This document shows positions 25,055-37,035 of a stretch of DNA of 64,000 nt, in pieces. Where the stretch lies: positions 8,122,001 through 8,186,000 of the forward strand of contig OZ336894.1 of assembly GCA_965287045.1 (NCBI GenBank), given 5' to 3'. The stretch is from Carcharhinus amblyrhynchos. Lineage: Eukaryota. A program made the translations under genes and the position numbers. The stretch's first letter is position 1. Each line of letters begins with the position of its first letter. Under the pieces are notes generated by a model, which was not told the DNA's origin, did not search any database, and worked only from the letters and a program-made list of their open reading frames with translations.

Positions 25055-25817
25055 TGAAGTTGTGAATATGAAAACCTGCAATTCCGTGTATGACTGTGAT
25101 CCTTGTTTGGATGCTGAGATTTCCGGTATGGTATATGTTCAAAAGATTAGTGCACTAATGTTTCACCAGGTCAAAGCATCAGCGTGCTTCCATCACAATG
25201 CTATTTTCTGTCATGATATTACTTTACAGCATGATACCAGAATGCTTGTATACTGAGCCACCTTGACCAGTTTACAAAGCTGGGCGAGTCAGTGGTGCAC
25301 TGAGACACCAGGGAAATACATAGGTTCTCACTGTGTCAGCATTTTGGGCTTCCATGAGCTTATCTTTGCTTGTTTTGCTGCATGTATGAAACCTGAAGGG
25401 TTGGAGATAATTGCATTGCAATAGTACAAAATCATCCATGCTTGTGTCGCCATGATGATAACTGCACGTGCTTTTTTGGGGGGGTTGATTAAAATTATGT
25501 TGGAATAGGGATCAATTTTTCTGAGAACTTTTGGAAATACTTTTATTTGGTTTCTGACTTTATTTCTGTCAATGTTCCACAGGTTAATATTCTTAATCTT
25601 ACGAGAGGTTCTAGTCACAATTTTGCATATGCCATTTATTCCTTCTGCTTTCCGTTATTCTCTTTCCATGAGCCAGTAGCATATCATGAATATTCATTTG
25701 TGTTGTCTGTGAAAATAATAAGTGAGATTTAAAAGCTCTGTCTCTTTGGCCCGTTTGCCTATTAGTTTGAAGTTACTTGGCTGATGCAGAAAGTCTTCAT
25801 GCCACACTTTACAAATG

Positions 25818-26135
25818 ATGGCACAATGGTTAGCACTGCTGCCTCAAAGCGCCTGGTATTCAGGTTCAATTCCAGCCTCGTCATTGTCTGTGTGGAGTTT
25901 GCACTTTCTCCGTGTGTCTGCGTGGGCTTCCCCCGGGTGCTCCGATTTCCTCCCACAATCCAAAGATGTGCAGGTTAGGTGGATTGGCCATGCTAAATTG
26001 ACCCTAGTGTAAGGGGGATTAGCAGGGTAAATGTGGGGGTTACAGGACTAGGGCCTGGGTGGGATTGTGGTCAGTACAGACTTGATGGGCTGAATGACCT
26101 CCTTCTGTACTGTAGGGATTTTATTCTATGATTCT
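25818..26135 (+). mobile_element. HE1-like V-SINE, CR1-type tail
   Basis: Head, V-domain and ATTCTATGATTCTA tail. Confidence 0.9.
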
Positions 26136-27062
26136 AAAATAAATTGACGAGATGAATTGTGAAAATAAGGACTTGAGGAATGGAGAATTTTGTACAGAGT
26201 GACCTCTGTTCAAGTAATTATGTCCAGACTTTGGAGTAAATGAGCTTATTCAGGATGTTCTACAGCACGGACACAATTATCAAACGCTTGTATTGATGGC
26301 AATGTCTTTTCCTTTGCAACTCATCAACGTAATGAGCAGGAGATGGAAACGAGAAACCACAAATAATGATCAAGCCTTTCACATATATTAGTCCCACTGA
26401 GCACCGGCATTTGCTTGGGTCATGTTAATGTTGAAAAAGCTAATGTAGAGTTTTGGTAGCACAGTGCATTTGGCACATATTTGTAATTTGGCTGTATGAA
26501 TTGAGGTTGTCTGCTGCTTTACTATCTTTCCAACAATTTCCTGCAGCTTATTTGCACTAATTGCAAAGTTTTTATTGTGTGATGACTTTCAGATTGCAGT
26601 AAACTGAATCTACTTATTGCAATATATCTTTCATATGTAATTGATAATGCAGTCCACGTGAAATGTATAATGCTACAAACAGAAATGTGAGTAAACAGAA
26701 TTTACTGTAAATTTGAATCAAAAGCAGAAAATGCTGGAAATAAACAATGGGCCGTCAGCCTCTAAAGGAAAGGCAGGTTAATATCTCATCAAAACTGGGA
26801 AATGAAAAGTTAAGTATTTTAGTATGTTTAAGGGCAGCAAAGATAAAGAGGAATTGAATGAAATAACAGACGTTGCACTCACAAAGTTAATAGTTGCATG
26901 CTCTGCAAATCTGCAGGCTGTTTAATAGTAAAACAGGCCACTGTTAGATGATATTAAAGTTCTCATTGAGGCGACACAAAGTCATTTGGTGCAAAGTAGG
27001 TACAAATGGCTTTCTAAAATGTTTGGACATGCTTGTTTACAGTTCCAATAAAGATCCATACC

Positions 27063-30050
27063 TATCATAGATTGTAGTGTGTATGCCAACCTAATTTCGC
27101 TTGGTGCCTAAAAGCGAGTTGAGGCCCATACACAGCGTATAAGCCGGCCCCTATATCTTTCAGTTGAAAGATGCATGTTTGGGGCTTTACTTGCATTTGG
27201 GTTGGCTTCAATTTTTCAGCTCAGCAATAAGTGTTCAGAGTTATTTGGTGCATGGGGTGAAGCAGATGGCAACACAGCCTGTAACAAGAAGGTTCATAAG
27301 AACATAAGAAATAGGAGCAGGAGTAGGCCGTCTAGCCCTTTGAGCCTGCCCCGCCATTCAATTAGGTCATGGCTGATCTGAAGAGGATCAGTTCCACTTC
27401 TCCACTTTCTCCCCATAACCCTCAATTCCCTTGTCTATCAGAAATCTATCTACCCGTGACTTAAATATATTCAACGAGGTAGCCTCCACCACTTCAATGG
27501 GCTAAGAATTCCAGAAAATCACCACCCTTTGAGTGAAGAAGTTCCTCCTCAACTCCGTTCTAAACTGCACCCCCTCCCCCCCCGCCTATTTTGAGGCTGT
27601 GCCCTCTAGTTCTGTTTTCCTTTCTAAGCGGAAAAAATCTCTCCTCTACCCTATCTAGCCCCTTCATTATCTTGTAAGTCTCTATAAGATGCCCCCTCAG
27701 CCTTCCAAACTCTAATGAGTACAGGCCCACTTTATTCTATCACTCCTCATAAGCTAACCCCCTCATCTCTGGTATCAGCTTGGTGAACTTCTCTGTACTC
27801 CCTCCAAGGCCAATATATCCATTCTCAAATAAGGGGACCGAAACTGCACACCGTACTCCAGTTGCGGCCTCACCAGTGCCTTGTACAGTTGCAGCAAGAC
27901 CTCCCTGCTTTTATATTCAATCCTCCTTGCTATAAAGGCCAACATTCTATTCGCCTTCTTGATCACCTACAGACTTGAGTTTTTGCAATTGGTGCACAAG
28001 GACCTCCAGGTCCCTCTGCACAGTAGCATGCTGCAGCTTGTCACCCTTTAAATAATAATCCCTCCTACTATTATTTCTACCAAAGTGGATAACCTCACAT
28101 TTGCTAATGTTATACTCCATCTACCAGGTCTTCGCCCACTCACAGCCTATCCAGATCTCTCTGCAGACTTTCTGCGCCCTCCACACAATTCGCTTTTCCA
28201 CTCATCTTCGTGTCATCAGCAAATTTTGTTACCCTACACTCAGCCCCCTCCTCCAGATCATCTATGTAAATGGTAAACAGTTGAGGCCCCTGCGGCACTC
28301 CACTAGTCACCAACTGCTAACCAGAAAAGCATCCATTGATTCCAACTTTCTGTTTCCTGTTAGATAACCAATCCTCAATCCACACTAACACTTTACCCCC
28401 AACTCCGTGTATCCTAACCTTCTGCAGCAACCTTTTTGTGAGGCACCTTATCGAACGCCTTCTGGAAATCCTAAAAACACCACATCCACCGGTTCCCCTC
28501 AGTCTACCGCACCAGTCACATCTTCATAGAAATCCAGTAAATTTGTTAAACACGGCTTCCCCTTCACGAATCCATGCTGCGTCTGCTTGATCAAACCATT
28601 CTTTTCTAGGTGTCCTACTATTTCTTCTTTAATGATGGATTCTAGCATTTTTCCAACTATGGACGTTAAGCTAACCAGCCTATAATTCCCTGCCTTTTGT
28701 CTGCTACCTTTCTTAAACAGCACCGTAACATACACGCCCACACAGCACAGACTGTACTTGGCGATGGATGATCAAGCATGGGTTCTCCTGCAAGAAGAAA
28801 GAAGTACCAAGCTGGTTTCATGCCCCAATTCGGAAGATTTGCTAACTTGTCAAATAATTGTGCTGCAGTGAGAGAATCGGTGATGGTGAAAATCTGTTGA
28901 GAATGGAAGAATCTGCCCTGAGGAAGATGCCCAAGACCATGTGCAACAGGAGAGCAGGGACCAGCCACTGGCCTGGTTTCGGAAAGCATGTGTTAGAATG
29001 GACTGCAGTGGTTCAAAAAAGCAGCTCGCCACCATCTTCTCAAGGGCAATTAGAGATAACCAAGAAGTACCGACCTACCCAGCAATGGCCACATCACGTG
29101 AATGAATAAGAAAACGTGTCCTTGAAAATCATCAGCATGGCTGTATCATCGCCAAAAATGCCAAGTGTATGTAAGTACTTGAACTGCGCCAAATCAGACA
29201 CAAACAACAAAGATTTCAGAACACAGCTAGTTCGTAGTTGCTTTATGGAAATGTCTAGTGTTACTGCAGAAGACCAAGATTGCTCAGGGAATACCAAGAG
29301 ACCTCTGCCAAAATTTTCAGATCCCAGTGGTTCTTCATCAGGCAGTAGCAAAAACACCCAAAAGGTCACATTGGTAACATGGATGAAAGAACCATGAATT
29401 TCAGTATACTTAGAGTGGAAAAAAATCAAAAACAGCCCTGTTGGAAACCACTGTGCAAGCCCGCATGGCCAATGGAACAAAATTAAAGCTTACGGTCATT
29501 TTCAAACATAAAACCATGCTGAAAATCAAGTTTCCTGCTGGAAGTTTTGTGGATGTTGCCAGTTGAATGGATGAGGATGGAGCGAAGTTGTTCATTGATG
29601 ATGTGTGGGGCATGTTCACATCCCATGAAACTGAGAGGTGCCTGAGATGAATTAACACCCACATTGCAGTAATGTCAAGAGGTCTAATATCCATGGTTCA
29701 ACCTTTTTGGCTGTGTGCTTCAGCGAGCCATTCAGGGACTATGCCTGCACTGGATGGAATAAGTGGGTGGTTGACGGAGGAAAAAAGTCTTCACAAAGAT
29801 TGAAAAGATGTATGCTACCCTGCTTGATGTTTTGTGTTGTTTTGTCATCGATTTGAGTTGCTATCAATGCACTACGTGTCATTGGATCATTCAAAAAATG
29901 CAGAATATCCAATTCAATGTATGGATAGGAAAGTGATTTGTTGTGGAGGGGTGAATATGAAACCAAAAGTGCCGCGTCTGACCCAGAGTGAAATCTTTTA
30001 AGATAATACAAAGCAATTCAGGATAAATTTGGTGGAACATTGGCTTGAAA
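27063..30050 (+). mobile_element. Fragmented pogo-superfamily DNA transposon (Brinker DBD, CENP-B HTH and DDE remnants at about 28778-29950)
   Basis: MGSPARRKKYQAGF..NNCAA.RE..LRKMPKT..HWP; VLENHQHG; QKTKIAQ; GHIGNMDE; MANGTKLKLTVIFKHKTM.KIKFPAG; WMDEDG; NTHIAVM; SFKKCRISNS; outer limits uncertain. Confidence 0.8.
27295..28732 (-). mobile_element. CR1/HER1-type LINE, 5'-truncated, inserted in the pogo element
   Basis: RT fragments (GNYRLVSLTSIVGKMLES, QHGFVKGKPCLTNLL, LYKALVRPQLEY); (TTCTTATG)n tail. Confidence 0.93.
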
Positions 30051-30084
30051 CCTGTCTTGTCCAGAGAATTGTGCTGATTGTGGG

Positions 30085-32700
30085 TTTTTTTCCCTGATTG
30101 GCAGGCAATGACCACAGGGACCTGTGCTAGGACCCCAACCATTCACATTAATGATTATCTCCAAATTTGCAGATGATACAAAATTGGGTGGGTGTGCTGT
30201 AATGAGGATGCAGAGATGCTTCAGTGTGATTTAAGTAGGCTGTGTGTGTGGGCATTTGCATGGCACATGCACTATAATGTGGATAAATGTGAGGTGATTC
30301 ACTTTGGTAGCATTAATAGGAATTCAGATTATTACTTGAATGAGTGTAAATTGAGAGATGTCGATACTCAGCGAGAACTTGATGTCCTTGTGCATCAGCC
30401 ACTGAAAATAAATGCTTATGTACAGCAGGCAGTAAAGAAGGCAAATGATGTGTTGGCCCTCAAAGCGAGAGGATTGGAGTCTAGGAATAGAGATGTTTTA
30501 CTGCAATTGTAAAGGGTATTGTTGAGGCCACACCTGGAGTATTATGTGCAGTTTTGGTGTCCTTGTCTGAGGAAGGATACCCTTACTGTAGCGGGAATAC
30601 GGTGAAGGTTTACCAGGCTGATTTCTGGAATGTCAGGTCTGTCATATGAGGAGAGACTAAGTTGGTTGGATTGCTTTTCATTGGAGTTTAAAAGGATGAG
30701 AGAGGAACTCATAGAAACTTATAAATTCTAATAGGGTTAGACATGTAGATTCAGAAAGAATGTTCTCGATGGTAGGGAATCTAGAAGTCATGGTTTGAGA
30801 ATACACACAGCCTATCCAAATCACGCTGAAGCATCTCTCCATCCTTCTGTATCTGATCCTAGGGAATAAGCCCAGCCAGGTGATCAAAGTTACAGTGGGG
30901 GGTCATGTGGCGAACATGACCACAATTCTGTAAGTTTTCGAATACTCATGGGAAAGGAAAATGTTGCCCTAGGGTTAAGGTGCTAAACTGGGGAAAGGCT
31001 GACTACAGCTGGATTAGGCATGATTTGAAGACTGTTGATTGGGAGAGGCTGTATGAGGGTGAATCCACATCTGGCATGTGGGATTCTTTTAAGAGCAGTT
31101 AATTGGAGTGCAGGACAAGCATGTGCATATACAAACGAAGGACAGCAAAGGCAGAATTCGGGAACTATTGATAATCGGGGAATTGCGAATCTGGTCAGTG
31201 CTGGGACCTCTGTTAATAACGTATATAAATGACTTGGAAGAAAACATAGCTGGTCTGATTAGCAAGTGTGTGAGTGATACTAAAATTGCTGGAGTTGCGG
31301 ATAGTGATGAAGATTGTCAGAGAATACAGCAGAATATAGGTTGGAAAATTGGCTGGAGAAATAGTAGATGGAATTTAACTAGGACAAATGTGAGGTGATG
31401 CATTTTGGTAGAGCCAATTCATGTGGGAGCTATACAATAAATGGCAGAACTGTCAGGAGCATAAACAGATCTGGGAGTACAAGTCCACAGATCCTTAAAA
31501 GTGGCAGCACAAGTGGAAAAGGTGGTGAAGAAAGCAAATGGCATGCTTGCCTTCATCGGCCAAGGCATTGAGTATAAATCTGGCAAATTATGTTATGTAA
31601 AATGTTGGTTAGACCAATTCTGGTCACCACATTAATTAGTTGATGGGTTTTTGATAAGAGAGGGGATTAAGGGTTATGGGGAGAGGGTGGGAATGTGGAA
31701 CTGAGCCACGACAGATCAGCCATGATCTTATTGAATGGCGGGGCAGGCTCGAAGGGCTAGTTGGCCTACTCCTGCTCCTATTTCTTATGTTCTTATTACC
31801 AAAAGGACGTGAAGGTTTTAGCGGGAGTACAGAAAAGATTTACCGGGATGTTGCTTGGTATGGAGGTCATTAGCTATGAGGACAGACTGAATAAACTGGG
31901 ATTGTTCTCCCTAGAAAGACGGAGGCTGAGGAGCGACCTGATAGAAGTTTATAAAATTATGAGGGGCGCAGGTAAGGTGAACGGTTGGAAGCTTTTTCCC
32001 AGGGCAGAAATGACAATTACAAGGGGGCACAAGTTCAAGAAAAGGGTGAAAAAGTTCAATCGACATGTGCGGGGCAATTTTATTACACAAGGTGGTGGGG
32101 GCCTGGAATGCACTGCCGAATGAGGTGGTTAAATAGACAAGTTAATGACACTTAAGACTTATTTGGATAGACACGTGAACAGACGGGAAATAGAGGGACA
32201 CAGGCAGTTGGTCTAGATGAGACAATGTGATTGGCGCAGGCTTGGTAGGCCAAAGGGCCCATTCCTGTGTTGTACTGACCTTTGTTCCACCCAGCTCACC
32301 CTCCCACCCAACTTTGCAACTCTGCAAATTGGAAATAATACATTTAGTCCCCTCTTCCAAATCACTAATATATAATGTGAACATTTGGAGTCCTAGTACA
32401 GATCCCTGCAGTACTTTACCAGTCACTGCCTGCCACATTCAGCATATTTTAGAACGGAGGTGAGGAGAAATTTCTTTACCCAGAGTATGGTGAATTGGTG
32501 GAATTCACTACCACGGTAAGCAGTTGTGACCAAATTATTGTGATTTCGAGAAGAAATTAAATATAGCTCTTGGGGCTAAATTAATCAAGGGATGTAGGAG
32601 GAAGGATTTGGATGCTGAATTTGATAATCAACCGTGATCAAAATGAATGGTGGTGCAGGCTTGAAGGGCCGAATAGCCTACTCCTGCACCATTTATATGA
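30085..32700 (+). mobile_element. Cluster of nested decayed CR1 LINEs: outer 30085-30805 plus 32447-32700; inner 30805-32280; young tail 31637-31795; antisense piece 32280-32436
   Basis: ISKFADDTK, KCEVIHFG, LGLFSLERRRLRSDLIEVYKIM motifs repeated in separate blocks. Confidence 0.82.
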
Positions 32701-32853
32701 ATTTGAACAATCAAGTTTTGAGATACTTGAAGCTGTACTTTGGCATATAAAGCCTAAACAATTCTATTTGCAGTGAATCTGTGTTTTTAGTGCAAATAAA
32801 CCTAATGGCTTCAATAAAAGTAATTTACTAATCTGTTGTTTCTGCCTCTACAG

Positions 32854-33015
32854 AGTGCCCACATGGCTTTGATTGATGCACTAATGATGGCCTATACAGT
32901 AGAGATGATCAGCATTGAAAAGGTTGTGGTCTCTGTGAAGCGTTTTTCCACATTTAGTGCCTCAAAGGAATTACCATATGATCTGGAGGATGCCATGGTG
33001 TTCTGGATTAATAAG
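32854..33015 (+). CDS. CAMSAP1: CAMSAP1 exon 3, 162 nt, phase 0 to 0
   Basis: ctacag|AGTGCC...AATAAG|gtaagt; SAHMALIDALMMAYTVEMISIEKVVVSVKRFSTFSASKELPYDLEDAMVFWINK. Confidence 0.96.
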
Positions 33016-33499
33016 GTAAGTGTGTAAAACTGTGTCTTTTTTTAACATCAATGCATTGTTTCCTTCCCCTCCATGTGCAGTCCAGGCCAACTAAACCTTG
33101 ATTCTGCAGCAGCACTTAAGCGCCACTCCAGAGGCTCCAGCACATCATCTAAGCTGTCAGTTCACTGCAGTAGTGAGCGCGTTCACATTGTTAATGGTTG
33201 CTGACTTTTGAAGTAGACATTGAGTTGAGACCATCAAGCCAGCCGCCTGATGTTCTTCTCTTGTCCTGGCTGATATTTATTCCTTAACGGATGCCACTAA
33301 AAACAAATAAACACTGCAGACACTGAAACAAAAGCAGAGTGGGTTGATTATTAGATAACCATCTGTGGAGAGAACAGGTCAGTAACTGTTCAAATGTGAA
33401 TTCTTCATTAGACTGCAAGAAGAGTAGCAGTTTAAAAGATGTAAAACAAAGGATGGAGAGTTCTTTCTTCACAATCTTTCCCACTTCTCTTAAAGAATG

Positions 33500-34300
33500 A
33501 GCAAACTCCTCATTCCTCCTACCAAAACAAACCATCTCACACTTTGTATACTGAATTTCATTAGCTTTATGTTTGCTCACTTTTCGTATTTATTTATTAA
33601 CTATACTCCAAAATTTGACATCATCTACAAATTTCAGAACCATTATTCAAATTTCTGACTCCAGATCATTTATATATACAGTAAGCAACAGAGGTCCCTG
33701 CATTGATTCCCTTTCCTTTTTTTTTACCTGAGAGAAACTTATTAACTCTTTTGCTCTGTTTTCTTTATGGTTGTTATCTTTCAATCCATTCTACTACCAG
33801 TTGCAAACTCTAGATACCTTGACCTCCATTATATGTCTCTTACATGACAATTTGTCAAATGTTTCCAGATGGTCATTTTTATTACATCCTCTCTATTGTG
33901 TTTTCCTTGTTATTCTTCAAAGCATTCAGTGAGTTGGACTTTCTGCTAGTTTGTTCTTTTTTTTGTGAAATCCGATTCTCTTCAATCCAGTTAATCACTA
34001 CTTTCAGTTTTGCCAGTTGCTTTTCCTGTGGGGTTTTTTGGTTAATATTTTTCCCCAGTTTATCTTCCTCCCTGATTTGCTGTTAGCTATTTTCCAATCT
34101 GATCTTTCCACCATCTATTACACTAAATCATTATCTAAAACTTACTATGATAGGACCATGATTTCCATGCTTATTTTTTTAAAAAATGCTCCAGTTAATT
34201 GCCTGTTACAAGATCTTGCAGCACTTACTCCTTTAATGGACTCCTGCCATTTTGGGACATAACGAAGCCTTGTATGTACTGTTATATTTTTCCCTTATCC
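33500..34300 (-). mobile_element. Old CR1-type RT fragment
   Basis: KCEMVCFGRRNEE remnant and degenerate KF.DD.K / YINDL motifs on the minus strand. Confidence 0.6.
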
Positions 34301-36182
34301 TGCTTGGTGGAGCTGAAAATTTCCTATGGCAATCAATGTTTTTAAAACTAATTTTGGTATATTTGGCCATCTATTCTCTCCTGCCCTTTTCATTGTTTTA
34401 TGGTCCATTGCAAATGTGACCTATTCCCTTTCCAAATACCATTTAGCCTGCAATATTTAACTGCTAGTTGTGCTCCCTCTGCAGCCATTTTCTAGCATTT
34501 GTCTCACACTTATTCTTTTATTTCTAATTGTTGCCTTGCAGTGGCCCTTAATTGTGCTAAATGCAGTGGCACACTAGCAATTTGATATGCTTTATTTTTC
34601 ATTTAATCAGATTTTTTTTAAATTGCTTGTTTCAATAGCCTTTCCTATTCCCTGAGATACTATTTACCTTTTATTGTACTTTTGAGCTTAGCTCTCATTA
34701 CCTTTTTGTTTGGGCTACTACTGTATCCTTCTCCCATCAGCATTTTAAGCCTTTTCCATATTCTTTTTTATGTTTTCCCCTAGAGCCTTAGTCCTAGCCT
34801 GGTTCAATTGCACACAGGCTCAGTTATAATGCTTCTCCTCTCCCCAGTCTGATGCCAGTGTTCTTTGCATACCATACTTTCTGCTTCTCCATATATCAAT
34901 TAGCACCGAGGCTCAAATAGTAATCCGGAAATTATCACTCTCATGGTTTTAATTTTTAACTTTGCTCCCAGCTCCTGATACTCCCTTACTACCTACTCAT
35001 TTCTTATGCTGTTAAATTGTTCGAGGGACTTTGTGTGCAAATCGGCTGACACATTTCTTATATTACAACAGTAACCATTGAACTACTACATTGGCTACTT
35101 TGCAATGTTTAAAGAGGTGTAAGGTGCTGCATAAATGCATTCTTCTTTTTGGAAGCAAAAAAATTTCAAAATTTTAGATAAGACAATAGAATGCAAATCA
35201 GAAAAAGACAAGATCAAACTGCGGAGTGCTCTGCTCTGCTCTGACCACACCTAGAGCACTTTGCCTAGCTCCAGTCACCGAAGCGTCAGATTGAAGTACT
35301 GGAGATGATGTCGTTTTTCAATTTTCCAATGTTAAATATCCAGAAAGATGCTTCAATTTTGTGAAGTTTCTACCTTAGGAACTATCAAAAGCATGGCAAC
35401 ATCCTTGCATTTAATACTTATTATTTTTCTTGTGTTGCTATGTTACGTAAAGGTATAGTTATTCCCACATTTGCCTAGCAACATATACTGGTGACGTATT
35501 GCAATGTTTAGCAAACAGTAACGACAGTGAATCATCACGGAAGATTGTTGGTCAGCAACATAAATTGGCAAAAGACCAAATTGTTGATCAGCTGACTCAA
35601 TAAAACCAATGATAAAAATGCATGATGACATTGATAAAAATGCATGATGGTGCTCGCGGGCACAACACGTAAAATACTTCTTGCTGTATGACATTCAGGT
35701 TCTTTGTTAAATTGGAAATAGTTGTTTTTCTGATTACAATGCTGTTATGTATCATAAGAGTTAATTTGGCGAGTTAATAATTCTGTTAGGATTACTTGCA
35801 GTCATATTTTGTCGACTCATAGAATTGATAAGTACATAATCTCAGGGCACACAAGCCAGATTAGTTAGCATTTTCCCTTGAGACACTGAATTAGTGAAAC
35901 ATTGTTGAAAATCTAATCTACTCAATTAAGGACAGTATCTAGTAGGTGATTGATTTGCTAAAAGCTCTGTTGTTTTGTGGTTGGCTATGATTTGGAATTA
36001 CTTCCTTTTAGCTGTAAGTCAAGTGGCTCTGACAAGTGTTTGATGTCGATGCTGACTCAGCATTCTGAGGTTGTTGATCCTATTGTGCAATCAAAGCAAA
36101 AGGCCCAATGTTAGAACAATAATGGTGACTGTATGATTTAGTTGTAAGTATTCTGTGTTGCTTGCAGTATCCCCAGGAAAAA

Positions 36183-36582
36183 TAAAGACTTATATTTATC
36201 TGACGCCTTGCTCAACCACAGTGTGCTAAGGTGCTTTGCAGCCAATTGATACTCTCGCAGTGTTGTAATTTAGGGAAACATACAGCAAGATCCCATGAAC
36301 AGCAACGTGAGAATGACCAAGTAACTTGTTAGTGATTTAAAATGAGGGATAAATTTTGGCCAGGACAATAGGGATAGCGTCCCTGCTGTTCTTTGAGTTC
36401 ACTTCACAAAGTCTGAGAGAGCAGGTGGTGTCTAATTTTAATGTCTCAACTGAAAGTTGGCACTTCTGACAGTACAGTATTGCCTTGGTAATGCACTGCA
36501 GTGTTAACCTAGATTTTTGTGCTCAAGTCTCTGGAGTAGACCTTGAATCACAACTCTTTTTACTCAGGTTACCAACTGAGCT
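36183..36582 (-). mobile_element. DeuSINE (SacSINE1/AmnSINE1-like)
   Basis: Reverse complement shows a tRNA-like head, Deu core (cagtgca..a.tactgtactgtcagaagtgcc..ctttcag.tgagacattaaa...gtcctggccaa.atttatccctca) and L2-type tail aggcg...ataaatataagtcttt. Confidence 0.8.
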
Positions 36583-36954
36583 TCATACAGATGTATCCCA
36601 GTGTCTTATTTTACAAATGTACAATCTCTTGCATTCCCACGTGTAATTTACGTTCAACTTCAGAATGGCCATTTGTGAATAATTAGGGTGCATTTTCTTA
36701 TTGAGCAAAGTTCTAAGATTTGCTCCTTTTTAATGTACAAGTTACATTAACAAAAATGCTTGCTGGAAAATGTAAAAATAAATGAAAAGATGTTCTCAGT
36801 TTTAATGTCTCTTCAATCAGATGCTGGATTTATATATTAGAAATACAACTGTTGTTTTATTTCTTATTGCCTCCACTCTATCTATGATATGTTTGTCTAC
36901 ACCTATTCAAATCCATTTTGAGATGGATCGCTTTGCTGTCCTTTACCATTTCAG

Positions 36955-37035
36955 GTGAACTTAAAAATGAGAGAGATTACAGAAAAGGAACTTAAACTTA
37001 AACAGCAGATTGTGGAAAGTCCAAGTCACCAAAAG
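36955..37035 (+). CDS. CAMSAP1: CAMSAP1 exon 4, 81 nt, phase 0 to 0
   Basis: tttcag|GTGAAC...CAAAAG|gtaagt; VNLKMREITEKELKLKQQIVESPSHQK; too short for the ORF track. Confidence 0.94.

Noticed and set aside
29305-29346. Hammerhead-like string on the minus strand (CTGC CTGATGA AGA...TCT GAAA ATTTT GGCAG)
   Set aside because: Lies inside the pogo transposase coding remnant on the + strand, has no Penelope context, and the stem III and cleavage-site register do not fit; treated as coincidence.
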